Part shown: positions 17,789 to 30,200 of the stretch, piece by piece
Numbering within the stretch: the stretch's first letter is position 1
How the letters are laid out: every line of letters starts with the position of its first letter
Source of the DNA: a virus
Virus record (IMG/VR): IMGVR_UViG_3300006919_000043
Span: 13,727-77,726 of that record
Reading direction: 5' to 3' (one strand)
Length of the DNA stretch: 64,000 bases
Translations under genes and position numbers: made by a program
Notes under the pieces: model-generated
Databases searched by the model: none
Told to the model about the DNA's origin: nothing
What the model saw: only the letters and a program-made list of their open reading frames with translations

Positions 17789-19135
17789 ACGCTGTTGTAG
17801 TGTAGTCGGCATTTGTAGTCCTTTCAACCCGAACATCTCCACCTGTGGGAATTTGTTTGATTTTGGCTTACGAAGCCACGGATATAAAGTGTAGCCACTG
17901 TCTAACGCATCTTTGATATATTCCTCTAATGGTTGGTTCTTATCCTTAGCATACATGTAGTTAGACAGTATAGATGGTCCGGAATGTTCCCTGCCTAAGC
18001 GCAAAATACCACGCTGGAAATCATCGTATGTTCTCCCCAACTGCTGTAAGCCCGTAGCACCATAATCCATATCACGGGATATGTAAGGCGGATCTAGATA
18101 CAACAGGTCGGTGGGTCGTAACAAATCACCGATGTCTAACGCATTACCCTGTGTAATATCCACGCCTTTGTAGCGTGGTGCGTAAGCATCGAGATTTATT
18201 TTACGACTCATAAAAGGAAAAGCACGGAAGTCCTTTGCTTTCTTTTTCTCCGCTTCACTGAACCCATCCCACGAACCCTGTGCGTGGTATCTGTTGAATT
18301 GTTCCATAGTGGCTTGACTGTTATCTCGGAATTTTTGGTTGGGGTATCGGCCTTCTGTATATGGCACACGATAATCGCCTTCAAAATTCTTCATGGGCAC
18401 TTCTTTGCCTTTCTCGTTCATTTCGGTGCGACCCTGCCAATCTGTGCCTCTCCAATCGGTGCGGAAACTTGCTAAGTTATTTCCTACAAACAAGCGAGCC
18501 ATTCTCAACATTTCCTCATCGGTCATGTCCTCTCCATGCACATCACGCCTCATTCTCAAATGGTTCAATTCGGCAAAGTTATCATCTAACTCCTGTTGAT
18601 TTTGAGGAATTACTACATCACCCATGCCTCTCTTGGCCTGTCTATGTATGTTCACTATATCGGGATTCATGTCATTAATCAGCCCAGTGCCACGATTCAT
18701 ACCTAACACGAATGAACCACTACCACCCATAGCCTCAACGGGTCTATCCCATTCACCTAACTTTGATGCCATTACACGAAACTTAGGCATCTCACTGGTC
18801 TTACCCCCCTCCCAATTGATGAAACTTGTGAGCATATTGTTTTCCGAATCAGTAAATCCTCTCATAGCATCAAAGATAGGTTGAGGGTCTTGTCCGGCCA
18901 GCACTGCGTTACGCATAGCCATGAGGGGCGTTCCCTCACGCCTACCAATAGAACCCTCTCTTTGCGCCTTTGTGGGCTTGAAAGGCGGGGCTGGTAGTGC
19001 TTGCCCTTCTTCTGTGAGTAAGCGCAAGGATTCGACAATCATAGGGTCTAATTCGTCTATGTCCTCATACTCAACTCCGTTGAATACAATACCTTTCATG
19101 ATCGACCACGCTTCGGAGAACGCATCACGATTCAT
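17780..19135 (-). CDS. Dam-like (D12 class, alpha) DNA adenine methyltransferase with N-terminal extension
   Basis: FINWEGGKT, EAMGGSGSF, INDMNPDIVN, YLDPPY, ILSNY. Confidence 0.88.
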   Translation of the reverse strand: MNRDAFSEAWSIMKGIVFNGVEYEDIDELDPMIVESLRLLTEEGQALPAPPFKPTKAQREGSIGRREGTPLMAMRNAVLAGQDPQPIFDAMRGFTDSENNMLTSFINWEGGKTSEMPKFRVMASKLGEWDRPVEAMGGSGSFVLGMNRGTGLINDMNPDIVNIHRQAKRGMGDVVIPQNQQELDDNFAELNHLRMRRDVHGEDMTDEEMLRMARLFVGNNLASFRTDWRGTDWQGRTEMNEKGKEVPMKNFEGDYRVPYTEGRYPNQKFRDNSQATMEQFNRYHAQGSWDGFSEAEKKKAKDFRAFPFMSRKINLDAYAPRYKGVDITQGNALDIGDLLRPTDLLYLDPPYISRDMDYGATGLQQLGRTYDDFQRGILRLGREHSGPSILSNYMYAKDKNQPLEEYIKDALDSGYTLYPWLRKPKSNKFPQVEMFGLKGLQMPTTLQQRLF

Positions 19136-19146
19136 AAACCAACGCC

Positions 19147-19308
19147 TCACTTTTTCGTATGCCTAAGACCCGACCAGCATATCTCTTGTAATTCGGCATC
19201 ATCTTCAAAGATAGTGAAATTCAATTCATCGGTGTTAATTGTATCATAAGCAATCCAAGTCACAATAAAGCCAACTATCATTCCACCTACAAACAAATAT
19301 CCTATCAT
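19147..19308 (-). CDS. 53-aa single-pass membrane protein (not in the ORF track)
   Basis: MIGYLFVGGMIVGFIVTWIAY followed by an acidic tail; ATGA overlap with the upstream gene. Confidence 0.6.
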   Translation of the reverse strand: MIGYLFVGGMIVGFIVTWIAYDTINTDELNFTIFEDDAELQEICWSGLRHTKK

Positions 19309-19580
19309 CTATCTCTCGCCACCCTTTGTCCACCTGCACCTAATTGCCTTCGCATCTTAGGTCTTGCGCCCGAACCGCTACCTCTCTTCTTACTTCTCTT
19401 GTATCGGTTCGCTGTTCGCTTGGATTTGTTCTTGCGTGATACACCCCACGCCCTTCTTTTTGCCTGTCGTTCAGCACGGCCTGTGAGAGTATTCTTAGAA
19501 TAACCTCTAAAATTGCCTTTAATTACTGACCATCCGACATCTGCGGCACGCTTTTCAACTTGGGATTTGCGTTCCGCCAT
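19305..19580 (-). CDS. Highly basic protamine-like protein with N-terminal leader
   Basis: Very Arg/Lys-rich after GWSVIK|G; GGTGA RBS. Confidence 0.7.
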   Translation of the reverse strand: MAERKSQVEKRAADVGWSVIKGNFRGYSKNTLTGRAERQAKRRAWGVSRKNKSKRTANRYKRSKKRGSGSGARPKMRRQLGAGGQRVARDR

Positions 19581-19759
19581 ATATCACCGCACGATGGACA
19601 TTCCCATAAAAATATCCTATCACGACTACCCGCATAGAACCCATTTATGCGTATTGCCAGCACTTCGGAATTACAGGATTTGCATACTTGTGTTACCTTA
19701 GACTTGTATGTTCGTGACTTTATACCAATCAAATCTAAATCCACTTCAATACCCCGCAT
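19523..19759 (-). CDS. Zn-ribbon protein
   Basis: CKSC...WECPSCG. Confidence 0.65.
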   Translation of the reverse strand: MRGIEVDLDLIGIKSRTYKSKVTQVCKSCNSEVLAIRINGFYAGSRDRIFLWECPSCGDIWRNANPKLKSVPQMSDGQ

Positions 19760-20861
19760 GTGTGTAAGTTACTTGAACCAATTGGGATGGCATATTCACC
19801 AGCGTAGTTATCACTTTACCCGAAACGGAATAGTCAACTCCTTCGGTCAAAAGCCCACCGGAAAAAGGGTCGGGATTTTCTATTGAAATTAAATGTAAAT
19901 TGTTGACTTGAGATAATAGTGGTTCAAAGGCCAGTGGTGCTATCGGACCGGCTTGAGCAGGGGTGGTAATGTGTTCCTTTTCCATTCGATGAACCGGTGT
20001 TATTTGATACGAACCACCATTACCTACACCCACCGCTTGGTCGGACTGGAAAAACAAATGCGTTTGCCCAGCCCCATGTGGTTGAGTATTGCTTGGTGAA
20101 TGCCCTGTCGGATCTCTCGTATAGAACATACCAAGTCCGGCTATCGGTAAGTTTCCAGCGTTCAATGCTGGTGTCAAAGAATAATCATTCAATGGATCTG
20201 TTCCAGCACCGCCAGCATTCACCAACTTAGTCAACGGTATCGGACCACCACGAATGAACATGCGCTTATCTTCTATGGCGGCTACATTCAAAGGATTAGC
20301 AAAGGTAACACGCACTGCACCCAACACAACTGATTGTTTGACAAGGTGTGAATACGGCATCTGTGGATATACACCAGTGCTTATGTCAACAATATCTCCA
20401 CAAACCAAACCAATGTTGTTGCTGTTTTGTATTTCGGGGTCAACTATCACAAGAACCCAGCATTCTTGGTTTGCTTGTGTTGGTAAAACCATACCTGCGG
20501 CATTGAACCGTGAATTGTAATAACTCGCTGTGTCAATGTTGAAAGCGTTAGCCGAGCCAACATTGTAAAAACAGCCGTCAAGACAAGCCACACCTTGATC
20601 GACAAAGATTGAGTTAGTGCCACCACCACTGTTTGGTCTTACCACACAATTTCCAACAAGTGGATTATTCCTATCACTACCACCACTATCTTGAGAATAG
20701 TTTGTTAGCGTTATGGGCACAACCCCGTTGTGAATACCACGCTCAACCATGTTGGTTAGTGTGGCTGATGATAGGACATCTGTATCTCGCAAGCCATCGG
20801 CTTGCCATGTAGCACCTGTTCCCGTCTTTTCGTGCCCTTCATTCAGTCCTGTCGTGCCCAT
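19746..20861 (-). CDS. Putative tail tip/baseplate protein
   Basis: Beta-rich 371-aa protein at the distal end of the tail cluster. Confidence 0.55.
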   Translation of the reverse strand: MGTTGLNEGHEKTGTGATWQADGLRDTDVLSSATLTNMVERGIHNGVVPITLTNYSQDSGGSDRNNPLVGNCVVRPNSGGGTNSIFVDQGVACLDGCFYNVGSANAFNIDTASYYNSRFNAAGMVLPTQANQECWVLVIVDPEIQNSNNIGLVCGDIVDISTGVYPQMPYSHLVKQSVVLGAVRVTFANPLNVAAIEDKRMFIRGGPIPLTKLVNAGGAGTDPLNDYSLTPALNAGNLPIAGLGMFYTRDPTGHSPSNTQPHGAGQTHLFFQSDQAVGVGNGGSYQITPVHRMEKEHITTPAQAGPIAPLAFEPLLSQVNNLHLISIENPDPFSGGLLTEGVDYSVSGKVITTLVNMPSQLVQVTYTHAGY

Positions 20862-21202
20862 TATCTCACTTCCATTACTACATCTATTCTTACTTCATTG
20901 GTAGCGTTCTTACTTATTGGTATGAAAGAGGATCTAAACGCTGGGTCGTCTAACGGTGTGCTACCGTGTATCACGACTTCTTTGATTGATTGCGAAGATA
21001 CTTGGTCGGTTCCAAATATTGCATTGACCGATATGGTTCTATCATCAACACGCTGAACCACAGGCGTTTTAGTCAATGCAACATTACCTACACCGTTGTT
21101 CCTTCTTGACGCTTCTCCACCTGTTGTTCCAAGACTCATGTTTTTCATAAGAGTCTGTAAATGGTCTGTTAATTTTGCTTTTATTGAATCTAATATTGGC
21201 AC
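20861..21202 (-). CDS. Putative tail collar/baseplate small protein
   Basis: MSLGTTG...IKEVVI...FIPISK...VRIDV pattern typical of fibre-attachment proteins. Confidence 0.5.
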   Translation of the reverse strand: MPILDSIKAKLTDHLQTLMKNMSLGTTGGEASRRNNGVGNVALTKTPVVQRVDDRTISVNAIFGTDQVSSQSIKEVVIHGSTPLDDPAFRSSFIPISKNATNEVRIDVVMEVR

Positions 21203-24200
21203 TATCTCACCTCGTAAAACACCGACTTAGAATGACCCAGTGGGTCTGCCCTGTTAGAACTTACCCTAAATTCTGCCCCATCGGGTATGGTTACTAAATT
21301 ATTGGCTGTAAGCGTGAATTGAAGAACCGATACTGGGTCAACTGCTACCACCCCAACAAATTGCCCATCGGTCAAATACACACGGTCATTGGCTTTTATT
21401 CGTGTTCTCACATCAACACCATTGACCGCAATAAACGGTGTTGTATTAGCGTTTATACCACCGTTCTTTAGCACACCAGTAAGACCACCCTTGACACCAA
21501 TAGCACCCAACTGACTGGTTTGCTCGGTGTTTCGCCACCTACCACCAATCAACAGCCTGTTGTTAAGGACAAGCCTTGTCAATATTCTTTGTGCTGATAG
21601 TATGCGAACAGTGTCCGACATACTTACTGATACTTGTTCACTAAATTCTCCCGTTGGTTTCTCACTGGTGGTTTGTAATGAAGATAATATATCCGCCAAC
21701 AATCCTTCAATACCCTTTTCATACTGTCCTATGACCATAGATGTCATTCCGGTAGTGCTATCGTGCGTTGTTTCAAACACAGCGAACAGTCCTTTGATAC
21801 CTTCATTTGTAAAGTCCACCGCTATGATTTCACCGGGTTCAATATGGCTGGCACTTACTAAACCATCAACCTTAATGAGCGAAGCACCTTGCTCACTTCT
21901 ATTCATAATTCTCTTAGCCATTTTCTTTGCTACGGAGTTAGATGTCAAACCGGCTACAATATTTGTTGAAGTCCTTGTTACGCCTTCTTCATTACCAGTG
22001 CCGCCCATTTGTTTTATTTTCTCTAAATCTTTTATCTCGGAACGCACCTTTTCATTCTCCGCCAACCTTTCACCTTCAACAATAACATGGTTAGCCATTT
22101 CTAACATAGCACTTATCTCTATGTTTTGAGGACCACTACTTGTTCCAAGTCGCTTCTCCTTTGCTACAAAGGCATCGTTTGAATACAATATAATTCCGTT
22201 GCTATCCATTACCAACTGCTTGTCGTCAAACTGGGATAGCGTTCTCAAAACCTCCATCAAACCAACACCATTGACATCTCGATCTGTAAATACACTGCTA
22301 TGTTCAACGGTGGCATACAATGAAGGGTGTGCGTTCAAATACGCTTCTTGTGATTGTCCACCCATAGACCCACCCAAATCAGTAACAAGAGCATTTTCAA
22401 CAACCTTTTGCGATAATACCGACTCATAAGGTAGTAAATCGGCACCGGCAATTGTTTGTTCAACATCTTTCAATAACATCAAAGCGGCATCACTGGTTCT
22501 TACACCAACGCTCATGTAGTGTGCAAGCCTAACATATCCATCTAAAGAAATACCGGAGTCTGCCAGTGAGTTTTCTTTTAGGTTACGGAATTTCAATGTG
22601 TTGTCAACAGCACCCGATACTCTCCACCGGTTTCTTGCGGCATCGAGTAAATATGGGGAGAAGTGATTTGACGAAAGAGCCTTACCATCAACATATACAG
22701 TGGTTAAACCGCCTGTTCCCGGCTTGCGTATGTAAGACAATGAACCCTCTTTGTTTCCATCGTTTAGCACAAAACGCTGGGGAGTTAGCATTGTGAAGTC
22801 CGAAGGTTCGTAATGACCCAAAGCACGATATGAGAGTGCTGTGGATATTGGTGTGTCATTAAGTGTGTTTGTCGCCTCCCACTTTTCAGCCTCATAACCA
22901 GCCATCGTGATAGCATTATCAACAAACGAAGGCAACACTACCAGCGAATGCCTTGATGGATATGTATTCGCTATTGTGGATTTTACAGTAATTGATGCGT
23001 TCTTTCCAAATATTACCTCCCTACCGGACAAGTCGTTAATCGAAAGACAATCTCCGGTTGAATTATAAACAAAGAAATGGTTTTCATCTCGGCTGTTGTA
23101 AAATAATGACCCACTCAAACCAATAATAACCAGTGAACCCGAATATGGGAAGCCTGTTGCATCTTCAACAACTAACATATTCCCAGCATCAACTTTGATG
23201 GTAGTCCTTGAGCCAAGCGTAGTCATTGTATGATCTGGTTGGGCACGCACAGCAATCTCATCGTTTGCCATTCTCAAATACGGTCGCATTCTCTTGAATT
23301 GATTTGTATAATTCAATCCCGTTTGCACTTCTGTTTGTGATACAATATCACCACCACCGGGGTGTGTGCTTTGAGAATATCTTGCATCAATCTTGGTGTC
23401 TAATTGTCCGTCTTGATTTCGTCTTGCCGCATCGGATTTGAAGTGTTGAAGCATGTTAGCACTGGGTATTAGATGCCAAACTTCATTTCGATTGTTCCCA
23501 TCCGGCCATGTCATGACTGGTGATCTATCTTCACTTGCTGTAATAGGTTCAATGTTACCATAGGTTTTGTTGCTGTTTAACTCAAACATGCCGTATCTCT
23601 TATCACGGGTGAATGGCTGGTGGGTGTTACCCGTTTGCGACAGTGTGCTAAACCCACCAAGCAACCATCCGTCTTGACCCAAATCAATGCCACCACCTTG
23701 TTGCCTTGACGACCAGCCAAAGACTTTCAATGGCCTTACCATACGCATGATGTAGTGTGCTTCTTTACGCACTGGTTGTAAAGTCGCTGACGACTGTGGT
23801 GCATTGAATCCAGTGTTGCTAAGGGCACCGCTTATATCTCCAACTGGCGTAATTGAGCGAACCCTGTTACTGTTTTCTTCATACTCTAACCATTCTCGCT
23901 TCAAAATATACACACCACCCCACGGTGGTAAATCACCACAGCCTCTTACAGCCCAATGGTCTTTTATGTATTCAGTAAAGTTAGATACTGTATCGCTCAA
24001 TGTTGGACTACCTAGATCGGCTTTACCATTCAAAATCCATTCGGGATAAGATGTCCTTTGGTTAGTGCCCAATCCATCCGGACCTCCGTATGTTCGTTCA
24101 AAGGTCGAAGCATTGGTTCTTGATGAACCAGCGTTCTTTGACATAACAGTTTCAGTAACATAAGATGGAGTCAATGGGAATTGCTGTCCTACCGCTAAAT

Positions 24201-27200
24201 CACTGTGTAAAGAAACAGCCTTTGTGCTGGTAACAAGATATTCTTCATTCTTGTTGTCTTTCCTTTCGCTATTAGTTTCGACAACCATACCAAGTCTTGG
24301 CGATAAGTCGGATTGGACTTGTCTGTGATCGGCTATCTCGGATAATGGAATTGGCATTACGCCTCTTTCAGCACTTGTTCCGCCCGTAGCGTCTTTCATG
24401 TTTAATGACCGACCCCAATTGTTGGCTGGATAGTGGATTAAATCTCCACTGCTTTGAGCATTGTCTGTTGGGTGTGCGTTGATATGCAGGTTGTTTCCTT
24501 TAGGTGTGGCTTGACTAATTGGATCGGAACCTTTATTCAACACTTTAGCATGTAAGAATTTAGCATTCGCACCTGTTAAATCCGTTTTGTTTGTTCTTTC
24601 AGCAGTGATTATACCTGCTGGCATCGCTTTGGGAGATACCATACCTAAACTTTCAATTTCTAATGTCCTACCCATACCGACCTTTCTTTCCTTTGGAGTC
24701 CACTTATCGTTAGACAACCTTGTGTAGCCTTGTAAATCAAATGCTTCGTTAGTGTGTTCGCTCATTACTACACCAATAGGAACGGTTCTATGTATTCCAT
24801 CATTCAGTGCTGATGTTTGCCAATCGCCACCAACAGGCAATTTGTTCATGGTGTCATGTATTCCTCCGTCAAACCTACCCGAAGCCTGTATCTTTTGTTG
24901 ATTGACGGCATCAACATTGGGCTTACCGGCAAGCATGTTCAAAGCATCGCTACCGCTTCGGAAACCAAAGGCTCTTACTGGCAACCTACGACTCCAATCA
25001 ACAGCAACCATAGGATTTCTTACTGATGTTACCTCATTCCAAACATCATTGTTTTGACTATTATCCATGTCCAAAATAGAACGGAGAATGTTCTTTGTTG
25101 GGTTTAAGCCATCACCTATGCCCTCACCACGACTCTTTCTCCTTGTGTAACCGTAGTAAGAAAAGTGTGGTCGCAATTCAAGTGTTCCTTCGGCTTCATT
25201 AATACCATCATGCCCCATCAAAACTGCACCTGCGGCTCTTTGACCCAAAACACTGCCGTGCCCTGCGGCAAGGAGTCCGTTGTAGCCGTAATTCTGTAAC
25301 CACTGGAACGCATATAGCCTCTCAAACGGCATAGAAACCTTTGGTGTTCCTTCTTGTTGGTTTCCACCCGCCTCAACATTTGCATTTCTTAACATCAAGC
25401 CCCGTAGTGGAGGACTGTTGATACCCTTCGGCATACCTGCACTTCTATACCGGAATGTCATGTAATGCTCACGGCTTGTGCCAAACAGTGCAGGGTGGCT
25501 ATACTCCGCAAGCCATGTGCATAGGAAAGCATCGGGGGTAGCACCGGAGTTAGTGCCATCAGCCTTGACTAAAGCCAAGTCATTGTGTTCAGCATTTCTA
25601 TCAAAATCACTTGACGATGCCAAGACTTGTCTTTTTGGTATTGGTGAAGCGGAGGCATTCACAAGATCTGGGTCATGTGCTATAAGAGGCGGCACCGTTC
25701 CTAACTCCGTTCCTACACGGGGTTGTAACCAACCAGCAGGGTGTCCATAATATGTGTTAGTGCATCGGATTTGCAGACCGCCGCTTTCTTTCTTTTGGAA
25801 GTTTTGTAAAGAAGGCTGTGGGCGACCGCCCATCAATAAATACTGACTTACGATAAAGCCATTTAATGTAAATTCTTCACCTGCGTTGTGTCTATTTCCT
25901 ACAACTCTTGATGTTGCTAAATCTAAAGCCACAGCCGCATTGTGAGAGGCATTACCATACCCACCAAAATTCTGTAATTCTTTTCCTATAACGCCTTGAA
26001 CAAAGTGTTGTTGTTCTTTAGCACCTTCTGTGTTAGTGTGTTCTTGACCCGGTGCGAATAAAATGTCATAGTTATCTTTTGGCGCACTACCGAAATACTG
26101 ATGATGGCGAGGCAAAGTGTTATTTTTGATTTCACCATGTGGTAATCCATCAGCCGAGAAAGAACCTGCGTTAGAAGAATGACCCCTTACTTCTAATGTA
26201 TCAAGATAATAAGATGTTGCACCTTGATTGCTATTTGCTGATTGGAAGCCCCAGTGTTTGTTCTCGGACTCGGCTTCAAACATCAAGGAATAAGCCGAAC
26301 CACTTGACCGATGCAATTGCCTACGCATAGAAATTGGTGTTCCTCTTACCGTCATTGGCGTTACGAATGAATGCCCCTGCCTACCAAATCTAATTCGGTG
26401 GTGTGCTAATTTGTATGGTGCTAAACCTGCATTACCATCAAGCACTGAACCCCTTTCCACATGATCTGATAATCTATGAGATGCAAACAGTCGTGTGGTG
26501 CCGCTTGGTTTAGCACCGGGTGTATTGTTCAAGTCTAAACCAAATTTGCTGGTCAAAGTATCGTGAAGAATACGAACAGGATGGAAATGGAGAACCATAT
26601 CGTTTGTGTCAAACTGTGAGGCTTCGTCTATTGTTGAATATGGACTTAGCCCAGCCTCAATTACCCCCGCTTTATCGGGTCTTGGTATGCTCAAACCACC
26701 CATTCCCCAAGATAAGTGTCGCCATGCTTGCACCCTATCATGACCGGAATATACAATTATGTTACCCGGTATCTCATCTTGACTTGGCAAGCGCAATTGC
26801 AGGTTCGATTCTATACCACTGTTTGGAGATGAAGGCAGTGTAGTTTCTTGTTTGGTTGCAGGATCTATTCGTGATTGTTTGTAATTGTAATCTCTAATGA
26901 CTGTGCCAAAAGGTGAGCCACCTTCAAGAATTAACTGGGCACCAGTATCGTCAACTACTGGTAGTGAATCAAAGACCATTTCTTCATTTGGTATCTGTAA
27001 TCCTTTGATTTGTTCAGTGTTGACATCCCTTACAATTCTATATGGCCTATGCACATACCCAGCGTTAAGGTGCGGTTGTCCGTTTGTTGATGTTAATGTT
27101 GACAAAACGCCCGATTTCAAACTATATTGACGCAGTGCTTGATGTTTGTCTATATCACCCGTTGTCATGTTTGTAAATTCGGTGTGTTCATCAGCGTTTC

Positions 27201-30200
27201 CGTCACGCAACTCGGAGAATCGTGAATCTAAAACCCCACCATCTTCAAACGCAACTTTCCATTTACTCGTTTCTTTACCTTTGAAAAGCATCTCACCGTG
27301 TCGAAGCGTGGTGGCGACATTTTGGGTTAATGTTATTGTCGGTGTCGCACGGAACAAAAGTGTGTCTGTTGGTATATCTTCAACAAGACTGGAAAACAGT
27401 AATCGTGAAAATGTAACACCGTTGACTACTCTTTCATCTAACACACCACTAATGACACCATACAATTTACCTTGAGAATCAACTAATTGACCCAAATTCC
27501 CTACGGTTCGGTTGACATAATCCGTCAATTCCATGTCGCCGCCAAAGGTTTGATTGTCAATACTTTTGATACCTACACTGGATTTCACAACCAAATGTCT
27601 GTTAGTCGTAGCGTGTTCAGTGGTATAGGATTGTAATGTGCTTGTAGCATTTTCATAATCCATCGTTGGCTTATACAATGACATCCCTTTAGTCAAACTT
27701 GTTTGGTTAGTGCCGGGTGTTAGGTTCTCAAGGTTGGCGGGATCGCCAAATGTAAGTGACTGTGGCGTAAGTGATTCTCCGTATATTGGTTCACCGGGTG
27801 TTAATCTTAAATTAACATTTTCAACACCACTCATTCTGTAAGTATGGGTGCTGGTGCTTAGGTTGCTTGCTAATGATATTGTCCATTGACTGGTTTTTCT
27901 TGTTCTAAGACCAAACTGATAAGGCACTATTGTCAAACCAATTTGGTTTTGTTCAGCAAGGGTTATTCGTGTTTTTGTTACGCTTGATACCGTGCCCACT
28001 TCCGTTCCAGTATTTGTTTCTAAGATAGCACCCGGAACAACCCCTATTTGCCTTAAATCTTGCATAATTGTGTTAGGCTCAAATTCCAACTGTGTGGTTG
28101 ACAACTGCGGAACAACAGTGCCCGCACCTAAACCCATAGAAGCCTGTGACATAAAAGCGTTAAGAGGCCGAGAATAAGATGTTTGTTGAATTTCCGATAT
28201 TGTTCCAATGTATGCCGGTGTGTATAACACTTGACCATTAGCCAAACCTTGATTGGTTGCTGAATGTAGCACTATTGTTGTAGTGTTGACGCTTTTCACA
28301 ATTCCTAACAATATGTTGGTTTGACCTGCGACTTTGTATAGAGGTTCGCCTACCTTGATACGGTCGCCATACTGACCTGCTGATGTTGGATCAGTGGTTC
28401 CGAAACCAGTGTTCACTGTAATTGTGTCCGAGCCGTTAAATGAATTGACTGTAACGCCTGTGCTATACAATGTGTGTGTTGAATATATCCTTTCACCTTC
28501 ATGAAACAACAAGTTAGGATCAGTGTTCGCCACTGCTATGGTGTTTATGTCTTGCTGACTACTTGGCTCTATCGCATTACCGGATTCTGCATAAATTAGA
28601 CAACCATTATTCGATATACCCGGTGCGTATCGCTTTACAATATTTGTTATAGGTATTGTTCCAATTAAAGCATCATTATCCTTTCTAACTTCATCTCCTT
28701 GATTGAAAACAGCATTCGCTTCACCACCTTCTTGGTCGGCCACTATTGTGCTTAAATCCCCAACTGAATGGCTATTACCGCTTGGGTTTGGGTTGAATGT
28801 TCTGCCTTGTGTTCGGTAATGATGAGTGCCGACATTCATACTACTGTCTATGTTTTTCGGTCCTACTGCTCTTAAACCCGTTGGTGTAATTTCGCTAATA
28901 GATGATATTGTTCCTATTTCAACAGCATCGGAATTGTAAATTTTGTCGCCATCTTCAAAATGGGCTTTGATGGTGGTTGAAGGTGTTAAGACTGGAATAC
29001 TTGTGCCGGTTGTTATGTTGGCATTGGCAGAAACCACACAGTTTGTGCTGAACGGTCCGGCTGTGTCCAATTCGGTGCCGTGTTCATTGTCTGTAATATA
29101 CAAGGCATCGTTATTGATAACTGCGTTATCTGCTTGATTGGTTCCTCGCCATTGATACGGATCGATTTCGCTTGAACCCATGATATTGGGTCCGTCGAAT
29201 GGCATATCGGGTGGTGGCATGTCGGGCATAGTGCATGAGTTAAGACCCTCTATGGAGAATCGAGAATATCCATGCCCTACGCTGTGAGTTTGAGGCTGTG
29301 CCCCCCTTGAATCAGCATTTACATTTGGCAACCCCATGTTGCCTCCATCCATTGGCTTTGCTGTCAAATGCCATACTGGTAAATCAACACCAAGACCTTG
29401 AACAATCGGACCTCCGTTTGCTGTTCCCCAATATCCACCACCTGTTGGAGTATCTTGTTCCCATGAAACGACAACAGTGTGTTGTTCACTGGTTTCATTA
29501 TCAATCAAGAATACTGGTTGTGAAGATCCTATATTGATGTGTTCGACATTTCCTACTACTCCGGTAGTCGTTTCTATTTTCGTAATGTTGAATGAAATGG
29601 TTGTTTCGCTGTCTATTTCATATCCATCGTATGTTAGCGTATAGACACTAACTGGTTGACCACCATCATCTTGAATTGGTGAATTAGGATTACCTCTAAT
29701 CGTGCCACGCTTAGGAATGTCGGTTGGCATATTAAGATTGTAACCTGTAAATGTTCGCCTGTTGGGGGTGCCTATTTGTAGCATACGCAATAAGCCGCCT
29801 CTAACCGGTTGAGCGTTGCTCAAATCCACTGCAATCGGCTCATAGAACCTAATTTCTCCACCTTGTATTTCCATTATCTTTCCTATGTATTCATTGTTTA
29901 GTGTATATAGGCTGGTGTTTGGTGACAAATAACCACCAATACCGTAATTGAAAGTTAATGTTGTTGTTGAACCAGCAACATGGTTTCCGCTTACCTGTAA
30001 TACACCTTGACCAACATCCAAACCAGCACCCCATACCTTAATCGGTGCATTTCCAATACCGCTACCATACGCACCATATTGCTTATTGCCGGACATTTTT
30101 GTATATCTTGCTCTAAGATACCTACTGACAGAATGCTGGCCTATTTGCCTGTGCCTACTTGAATTGATATGTGATGCGATAAGTCGTGCCGCTTCTTCTG

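Noticed and set aside
17775-17795. Terminator at the convergence of the two arms
   Set aside because: The two genes overlap by 9 nt; no clear hairpin or long T-tract could be supported.
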